From contig JBDTKK010000099.1 in assembly GCA_039935335.1 (NCBI GenBank), forward strand, positions 659 through 64,658: a stretch of DNA of 64,000 nt, in the 5' to 3' direction. Positions 58,085 through 64,000 of this stretch are shown in pieces. This DNA comes from Chitinophagaceae bacterium (GTDB taxonomy: Bacteria > Bacteroidota > Bacteroidia > Chitinophagales > Chitinophagaceae). Made by a program: the position numbers and the translations under genes. The stretch's first letter is position 1; each line of letters begins with the position of its first letter. A model generated the notes under the pieces. It was not told the origin of the DNA. It searched no databases and saw only the letters and a list, made by a program, of their open reading frames with translations.

Positions 58085-58531
58085 TTATTTCTGTTGATCC
58101 AATTCGTTAATGAGACTTTGAAGGGCATTCATAAATGCCGCTTTTGTTTCTGGGTTTTCAATGACATTACGGACGAGCTTATTTGTTTTCAATTGCTTCA
58201 TCAGTTTTTGATATTCATCCTTTTCATTATTCAAGCCTTGAAGTAAGGGACTTTGAGACACCATGCTTGATGCCTTAAAATCACCCACACCGTTAAAATG
58301 AATTTCTTCAGATTGTGTGCTGCCATCTGGCTTGTCAAATTCTACTTCCACTTTCGGCTTGTAGTGATCAAATACTTCCTCTACAGTTTTGAGGTCATAT
58401 ACTGCTTCTGGACGAATCGGATCATCTGCAGTAAGTTTTTGTACGAACAACGAACGGTTCATAGAAATACTCGCCATGCCTTCAGAGGCATCCATCTTGA
58501 CGGCGTTCCCGCCTACTTCATAATCAAACAT
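58085..58531 (-). CDS. tssB: Type VI secretion contractile sheath small subunit TssB
   Basis: 148 aa, immediately upstream of tssC. VipA-like layout with a C-terminal helix. Confidence 0.7.
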   Translation of the reverse strand: MFDYEVGGNAVKMDASEGMASISMNRSLFVQKLTADDPIRPEAVYDLKTVEEVFDHYKPKVEVEFDKPDGSTQSEEIHFNGVGDFKASSMVSQSPLLQGLNNEKDEYQKLMKQLKTNKLVRNVIENPETKAAFMNALQSLINELDQQK

Positions 58532-58643
58532 TGGTACGGTTTTTGATAGTTTTTATTTATTGATTTCCTTTTTTGTCGCTACTTTTTAGAAAAGTATTGC
58601 CGTTTTGCAATGCCAAAGTACAACTTTTTCCTACAAAACAAAA

Positions 58644-61133
58644 TTATTTTTTGACGGAGTAGTCAACTTCTTGTTCTTCATTCAGTTTCACCATTATTGT
58701 ATCGCCCTTTCCTACTCCTCCAGCCACAATAAGTTTGGAAATTGGCCTCCGTAAATGAGTTCGAATCACTCCAGAAATTTGCCTTGCACCATACTTTGGC
58801 GTGAACCCTGTAAGGGCAATTTTTTGCTTGGCCTCTTCGGTTATTTCCAATAAAATTCCTTGCTTGTCGAGGCTTTCCAAAAGGCTTTTCATCTGAATCT
58901 CCAAAATCTTAACAACATTGGATTCACTGATGGGCGCGAAGGGAATAATCTCGGTGAGGCGAGCCAAAAACTCGGGGCGGAAATACTTCGTCATAATCTC
59001 CATCAACTGGTTGGACTTGGGCATAATATTCTGGCCAAATTGCTCTACAATCCACTCGCTGCCTATGTTTGAGGTGAAGATGATTAACGAGTTCGAGAAG
59101 TCTCCTTCCTTACCCAATCGATCGCTCATTTTCCCTTCGTCAAGTATCTGCAGGAAGATGTCAAACACTGATGGATGAGCCTTTTCAATTTCATCGAAAA
59201 GCACGACAGAATAAGGCTGCTGGCGGATTTTATTCACCAATACTCCACCCTCTTCGTAACCCACATATCCTGGAGGTGCACCGTACAACAATGCTGCAGA
59301 ATGCTCTTCTTTAAACTCCGACATGTCGAAGCGAATCATCGCTTTTTCATCGTTGAACAAAAAGTCTGCGATTGCTTTTGCGACTTCCGTTTTACCAGTA
59401 CCTGTAGGCCCAAGCAAGAAGAAGGAGCCTATTGGCTGCCCGGGTTTATTAAGGCCGCTACGCGACTCTACAATAGCATCTGCAAGCGCTTTCACGGCGT
59501 GGTCTTGCCCCACAACTCTACGCTTAATGATACTTTCCATTTCCTGAAGCTTTTGTTGCTCCTTCGCTTGGATTTTACCCATCGGGATGCCCGTTTTGAA
59601 AGCAACGATTGCCGCCAATTCGGCTTTAGTTACTTCGTCTTTTATTTCAGCCGCAAATTCTTTCAAACTCGTCAAAGTATGACCCAGCGCAGTTTCTATG
59701 TCTGTAGCGGTCTCCAATTTGCCAATGTCTGTAGGGTCAAGCAGTTTGCCAAACAATACAGGGCTAAGGCTATTTTTCAAAGATTGGTAGAACCATTTGT
59801 ACTCCGAGATTCTTTCCACATCATCAAGCTCTGCGTCTTTCACTAAAGCTTCAAATTGTGTGGTGAGCGTATCCAGTTCAGGAATGGAAGTTTCGTTCAT
59901 CATTTTGATGGCTGCCATGGTACGATCCAACAAATCCACCGCAGAGTCTGGCAGGCGACGATCTTTTACATAACGCTTTGCCAATCTTGCACATTCTGCA
60001 AGTACGTCTTTTTCAATTTTCAACTTATGATGGGCTTCAAATGCAGATGCCAATTTTTGCAACATTTTCGCGGCTGTGGACATGTCCGGCTCTTCCACTC
60101 GAATCACCTCAAACCTGCGGCTGAAAGCCTGTTCAGGCTCTATAAGCTTGCGATATTCATCCAAAGTAGTTGCACCAATCACTGTAATTTCGCCGCGTGC
60201 CAGTTCGGGTTTCAAAAGGTTTGCAGCACCGCCGGCACTACCTTTTGGATCCAAAAGTGTATGGATTTCATCGATGAAAAGAATGGCTTTGTCAAACTGC
60301 TTTATTTCCTTAATAATGCTCTTCAATCGCTCTTCTACTTCGCCTTTGTAAGATGCTCCGGCAAAAAGAGATCCTAAATCGAGCTCGTACAAAAAGGCTT
60401 CCTTGAGCGCATCGGGCACTTTTCCTTCTACAATACTTAGCGCGAAACCGTCTATTAGCGCGGTTTTGCCCACGCCAGGATCACCTGTTATTATCACATT
60501 AGGCTTGGTGCGGCGGCCAAGTACTTCCAACATCATTCTCGTTTCCTTGTCGCGGCCAACAATCGGGTCAATTTTCCCTTCTTTAGCCAGCGCAATCTTG
60601 TCGATGCAATATTTCAGCAAAGCCACGTTGGCCTTGCCTTGCGAGGCTGTGCCTTCTACTCCGTCTATAGCCTGAGTGGTACCTAGAGTTTGGCTAAGCG
60701 AACTATCATTGAGATAGAGGTCTAGAATCTCCTTTTCCCGAAGGGGAAAGGACTTCAATTCTTCAGAACTAAAACCAACATTTGGCTTTACCAATGCTGT
60801 AAGCGCGCAAATTGGCGAAACATCATTCAAGCCTAGCTTTAAGCGAATGTTATCCGCTTCTTCAAGGGCATTTGCAGTCTTCTCATCTGCTGTGATGTTT
60901 TCTACGCTTTTGCCACTTTTAGGCAGCTCATCGATGCGTATTTCGGCCCATTCCGTCATGTAACCAATATCTTTCCCTAAGGAATTGAGGAAGGGATGCA
61001 ATCCAGCATCTTTGTGCAATAGTCCGCGCAACAAATGTGGAAGCGAAAATTGCTCGTTTTTGTTTTCTCTTGCAAAGGAAATGGCTACCTGAATAGCTGT
61101 TTTCAGGGATTCACTAAAGGAAAGCGTTGTCAT
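58644..61133 (-). CDS. clpV: Type VI secretion AAA+ ATPase ClpV (TssH)
   Basis: Clp N-domain plus two AAA+ modules: Walker A GDPGVGKTA and Walker B ILFIDEIH in the first, Walker A GPTGTGKTE and Walker B VVLFDEIEKAH in the second. Lies inside the T6SS cluster. Confidence 0.9.
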   Translation of the reverse strand: MTTLSFSESLKTAIQVAISFARENKNEQFSLPHLLRGLLHKDAGLHPFLNSLGKDIGYMTEWAEIRIDELPKSGKSVENITADEKTANALEEADNIRLKLGLNDVSPICALTALVKPNVGFSSEELKSFPLREKEILDLYLNDSSLSQTLGTTQAIDGVEGTASQGKANVALLKYCIDKIALAKEGKIDPIVGRDKETRMMLEVLGRRTKPNVIITGDPGVGKTALIDGFALSIVEGKVPDALKEAFLYELDLGSLFAGASYKGEVEERLKSIIKEIKQFDKAILFIDEIHTLLDPKGSAGGAANLLKPELARGEITVIGATTLDEYRKLIEPEQAFSRRFEVIRVEEPDMSTAAKMLQKLASAFEAHHKLKIEKDVLAECARLAKRYVKDRRLPDSAVDLLDRTMAAIKMMNETSIPELDTLTTQFEALVKDAELDDVERISEYKWFYQSLKNSLSPVLFGKLLDPTDIGKLETATDIETALGHTLTSLKEFAAEIKDEVTKAELAAIVAFKTGIPMGKIQAKEQQKLQEMESIIKRRVVGQDHAVKALADAIVESRSGLNKPGQPIGSFFLLGPTGTGKTEVAKAIADFLFNDEKAMIRFDMSEFKEEHSAALLYGAPPGYVGYEEGGVLVNKIRQQPYSVVLFDEIEKAHPSVFDIFLQILDEGKMSDRLGKEGDFSNSLIIFTSNIGSEWIVEQFGQNIMPKSNQLMEIMTKYFRPEFLARLTEIIPFAPISESNVVKILEIQMKSLLESLDKQGILLEITEEAKQKIALTGFTPKYGARQISGVIRTHLRRPISKLIVAGGVGKGDTIMVKLNEEQEVDYSVKK

Positions 61134-61220
61134 AGTTTCTAAAAAAAATAAAAGTTGTTTTCGTAAAAATACTTTTTATTCTCGGAGAAACAAATGCTGA
61201 TGGAATGATAAAGGCAAAAG

Positions 61221-61248
61221 ATTAATGGTTAATGATTAATGGTTAATG
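61221..61248. repeat. Perfect tandem duplication of the 14-mer ATTAATGGTTAATG, ~90-115 nt upstream of the clpV start
   Basis: 61221-61234 and 61235-61248 are identical. Each copy contains the palindrome ATTAAT. Confidence 0.85.
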
Positions 61249-61280
61249 GTGTGGGGACATTCCGTTGTGGATACATTGAA

Positions 61281-61459
61281 AAGGCAAAGGGCGAAATGCA
61301 AAAAGCAACGGACAATGGGCAAAGGGCAAAGGGCAAAAGACAATGGGCAAAAGGCAATGGGCAAAAAGCAACGGACAAAGGGCAAAGGGTAATGGGCAAC
61401 GGGCAAAGGGTAACGGGCAAAAGGCAATGGGCAAAAGGCAATAGGCAAAAAGGGTAGGC
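61281..61459. repeat. About 27 tandem copies of a 6-7-nt unit GGGCAAn (TTGCCCn on the transcribed minus strand), including (G3N4)5G3 tracts
   Basis: Read directly. For example 61380-61417 = GGGcaaaGGGtaatGGGcaacGGGcaaaGGGtaacGGG, and 61317-61347 = GGGcaaaGGGcaaaGGGcaaaagacaatGGG. A higher-order ~64-bp repeat is also present (GCAAAAAGCAACGGACAAnGGGCAAAGGG occurs twice). Confidence 0.9.
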
Positions 61460-61735
61460 TCATTCCCGTACGGTTGCCTTGAAAAGTTAAAAGAACTCCC
61501 CTGTTGTCTTTTTAGTTTGGGTGATTTGGAGTCAAAAAGCATTCAATCACGCTGCAGATATGAAAGCATTCGCTGGAAGGAAATCCCTTCAATTTTCAAT
61601 CCATTTCCCGAAGAAAATCTCTACACTTTTGCACCATCTCTTTGAAAAAAAACTCTGAATTGAGCCAATGCTTTTTTTCTAGCTTCCTACTTTTTTTTGA
61701 AGATTTCAGTAGCGGTCTAAATGCTTTCGAGCTTT

Positions 61736-61772
61736 TTAAAAAGAAAATCCCAGCCACTTGCGCGACTGGGAT
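61736..61772 (-). terminator. Candidate intrinsic terminator after tssO
   Basis: On the minus strand: ATCCCAG-12 nt-CTGGGAT followed by TTTTCTTTTTAA. Lies ~35 nt after the tssO stop. Confidence 0.5.
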
Positions 61773-61806
61773 CCACCTAAAAATAATTTTTCCTAAAAGC
61801 CCAGAG

Positions 61807-62316
61807 CTATTGCGTAGGAGGCATAGGCATCGGAGCTGCGCCCATACCCATCATGGGATTGCTTTGCACCGCTTTGAGCTTCGCGTCCATATCTTGAAGC
61901 TTGAGCAAGGCATCCTTCAATTTGGCTTGTGCATCCACCAATTGTGTGACGTGTGTAAAATGCTTCTCGTAGCTGGCGCGAATAGTAGGTACGATGGCAA
62001 TTGAAGTATCCATCCTGCTCAAATCGGAAATACCATCTGCAATTTTCTGCTTGAGCAAAACTGGATTTTCAACGGTTGCAGAGGCTAGTAAATTGATGTT
62101 GGAATCAATTTCAGCCATTTTCTTCAAAATGATTTTTTGCGTGTGCTCGAAGTTGGAATAGGCCACTAATTTGTCGGACTCGCCCTGACTTATTTCCTCG
62201 GGCACTTTGTAGTAGGAAAAGAATATCAACGCGGCGGGCACCATGGCGAGCGCGAAAAAGATAAACACGAATTGCCAGAGCGATTTGCTACGTTCCTTGC
62301 TATTGATTGGTTTCAT
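61807..62316 (-). CDS. tssO: Bacteroidota-specific T6SS transmembrane protein TssO
   Basis: 169 aa with a single N-terminal TM (LWQFVFIFFALAMVPAALIFFSYY) followed by a coiled-coil. Size, topology and position next to tssK fit TssO of T6SS-iii. Confidence 0.55.
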   Translation of the reverse strand: MKPINSKERSKSLWQFVFIFFALAMVPAALIFFSYYKVPEEISQGESDKLVAYSNFEHTQKIILKKMAEIDSNINLLASATVENPVLLKQKIADGISDLSRMDTSIAIVPTIRASYEKHFTHVTQLVDAQAKLKDALLKLQDMDAKLKAVQSNPMMGMGAAPMPMPPTQ

Positions 62317-62342
62317 AAATGGTCTGTGATATATTATAGGGA

Positions 62343-63506
62343 TTAATCAAAAATACTAAACTTGCCTTTGCCTTTTTCCTTCGGTGTTTCCATGGTACGA
62401 CCGCCAAAGTCAAACTTCTCATTCTTCTGTCCGATGAGCTTGAGGTCTTTCAATTTTTCTAGCAACTCGCACCATACTTTGAGGAATTGCAGGAGCGGTT
62501 GGTAAAAGCCATAAATATCTTCATGGTTATAATCTGCATTGATAACTAGGGCAAGCATTTCTTCAAACTTACCTGGGCTAATCTCGTTCCAATAGCTAAA
62601 ATACTGGAGTAATTCTTCCTTGTCTTTGATGGAGAGCAAGGTCATGTTTACATTGATATGGCTGGCCAGCTGCACAACCGTATTGGCCATGTACACCGGA
62701 CTTTGCTGCCGATACATCATCCGAAACATGAAGAACTCAGATGCGATATGCCGAACTGTGTGTTCGCAAACACTCCTTAGATTCTGCGCTAAAGCGGCAT
62801 TCTGCCCACCTTCCACCACTTTTCGTACCACTTCGCTACTGTATTCTTGTATTTGGTTGAGGCGTTCCGCAATGGTATTAAAAATCTGCTTGGTACCCGG
62901 ATGTGCGCCCACTAATGCACACGGCGGAATGTAATTATTATCACGCACCAGTTCACCATTTTTTAGGATGAACTTGGCCACTGGCAAATTATTTGCGCCG
63001 ATAGAGCCTGTATTGATATCTTCTTCGGCCACGAGGCTAAGGCGATAGCTGGAAATACTATGTTCGTTGCGTGGTGGATATTCTTCGGCGGATGCAGCGC
63101 CAAAAGGCTCGCGGTTGTATGGATTCACAGATATTACTGCATAAAATCCCGTAGCCCCAGATTTTGCGGCATTAAATTCTTCACCGGATTGAGCGGTATT
63201 ATCACTCACCAATTCCGGATGAATGCCAGGGATAATTTCAATTCTACAGCCCCCGGAAGTGATGGCGCGGCAATAGCTTACGGTCACTTTAAATTGCCGG
63301 GTTTGGTTGGCTGCTGCGTTGCAGTCGAGGGAGCTTTTTTCACCGGCTATGGGTTGCAGTAATCCGTAGGAAAATGCATTGAGCGCCACAGCATGGCTGT
63401 CGCGCAACTGATCAATCAGTGCATTCTCACTATCAATAAAGTGCTGACGGTTTATTTTCATTCCGTCCACCCAATTGGTGAGGTGATATTGCAGCTTAGG
63501 TAACAT
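62343..63506 (-). CDS. tssK: Type VI secretion baseplate subunit TssK
   Basis: N-terminal NWVDGMKINRQHFIDSE matches the TssK W-x-E/D-G-M-x-L/I-x-P/R-Q-HF signature. 387 aa. Confidence 0.7.
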   Translation of the reverse strand: MLPKLQYHLTNWVDGMKINRQHFIDSENALIDQLRDSHAVALNAFSYGLLQPIAGEKSSLDCNAAANQTRQFKVTVSYCRAITSGGCRIEIIPGIHPELVSDNTAQSGEEFNAAKSGATGFYAVISVNPYNREPFGAASAEEYPPRNEHSISSYRLSLVAEEDINTGSIGANNLPVAKFILKNGELVRDNNYIPPCALVGAHPGTKQIFNTIAERLNQIQEYSSEVVRKVVEGGQNAALAQNLRSVCEHTVRHIASEFFMFRMMYRQQSPVYMANTVVQLASHINVNMTLLSIKDKEELLQYFSYWNEISPGKFEEMLALVINADYNHEDIYGFYQPLLQFLKVWCELLEKLKDLKLIGQKNEKFDFGGRTMETPKEKGKGKFSIFD

Positions 63507-63543
63507 GCGTTGTTAAGAGGTCGGTTTGTTAGTTTTAAGAAGT

Positions 63544-64000
63544 TTAATAGTCATTTTCAGGCTCGGCGATGATGCCTACACGCTTTGCCATAATGATGTT
63601 CTTTTCAATGATTTTATTATCTGCGATGGTCAATTCCGGATCAATGAATTTAGTGCCACCCAAAAAGGAAGGTTTTACATAAAAAATCCAGCCCATTGCC
63701 GTTTGATCATCATTCATGAACTGGATGGGGTCGTTTTCGAACTTGTAATTATAGTTATCGATAAAGGAACGAAACCAGTCACCAAATTTCATGGCTACAG
63801 GGGCACGAAGCTTGGTATTGGTCACGCGTGGATCATTGATGGACTTGGAATATTCCAGCTCCAGCATAAAGATGGTAGTCGTGTCAATTTTATCATAATC
63901 CACTTCATCTGCATGGAGCGGAAGATACCAAACCTTATTGATTTCCTGTGGAATCTCGCGGTAGGCACCGAAGGCCGATCGCAGAAATTGCGGAAGCACA
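63544..64000 (-). CDS. T6SS-cluster protein, C-terminal ~150 aa only (gene continues beyond the window); identity unknown
   Basis: The frame is open to the window edge. It is co-oriented with tssK and lies 37 nt upstream of it. No family motif recognised in the visible part. Confidence 0.5.
   Translation of the reverse strand, partial: VLPQFLRSAFGAYREIPQEINKVWYLPLHADEVDYDKIDTTTIFMLELEYSKSINDPRVTNTKLRAPVAMKFGDWFRSFIDNYNYKFENDPIQFMNDDQTAMGWIFYVKPSFLGGTKFIDPELTIADNKIIEKNIIMAKRVGIIAEPENDY

Noticed and set aside
58532-58643. Sigma-54-like TGGCA...TTGCA element upstream of tssB
   Set aside because: On the minus strand the TGGCAT and GGCAA elements do not have the GG-N10-GC spacing. A TAATTTTG (-7-like) box overlaps the clpV stop, but I cannot support a promoter call without transcription start site data.
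58860-60675. Series of 70-223-aa plus-strand ORFs
   Set aside because: They are antisense to clpV, whose two Walker A/B pairs fix the true frame.
61229-61542. Four overlapping 70-99-aa ORFs (three minus, one plus) with LPFA/CPLP or GQRAKG repeats
   Set aside because: All are artefacts of the stop-free GGGCAAn microsatellite. Several frames are open at once and there is no start context.
1-64000. tRNA or rRNA genes, IS elements, transposases, integrases and prophage genes
   Set aside because: I scanned for T-loop GGTTCGAAT-type motifs, long terminal inverted repeats, DDE or tyrosine-recombinase-like ORFs, and rRNA-like ORF deserts. None was recognised. The only ORF desert (49.1-51.3 kb) is explained by gene decay.

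Overview
This window reads as a Bacteroidota chromosome segment. Supporting signs are a T9SS sorting domain, a PorQ-like gene, the DUF4271-HemD pairing, DUF3098-FtsX synteny and mostly leaderless-looking starts. Most of 1-15.7 kb and 21-49 kb is housekeeping: M13 peptidase, IspG, HemD, PBP2/RodA, CoaX, LptC-like, L25, Prs, FabI, MsrB, IcmF, a DEAD-box helicase and FtsX. Accessory modules are interspersed among these genes: a TolC-MFP-RND efflux cassette with an adjacent two-component system, and three tandem paralogous small membrane proteins. At about 16.3-20.3 kb there is a visibly G+C-richer orphan-gene islet ending in a 21-bp tandem array. The last 12.7 kb (51.3-64.0 kb, all minus strand) is a Bacteroidota-type type VI secretion cluster (T6SS-iii). 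Its order is partial gene, tssK, tssO, a 673-bp repeat-filled gap, clpV, tssB, tssC, hcp, hcp, vgrG, tssE, tssF. No TssJ/L/M is recognisable in the window. No tssG is recognisable after tssF. Instead the cluster abuts a roughly 2.2-kb ORF-poor stretch holding a heavily decayed GT39-like glycosyltransferase. Three further gene remnants were found by reading across frames: a DUF1398 pseudogene, an RND permease C-terminal remnant with a poly-G frameshift, and the GT39 pseudogene. No tRNA, rRNA, CRISPR array, transposase or integrase was recognised. All calls rest on motif and family recognition by eye; no database search or exact statistic was run.
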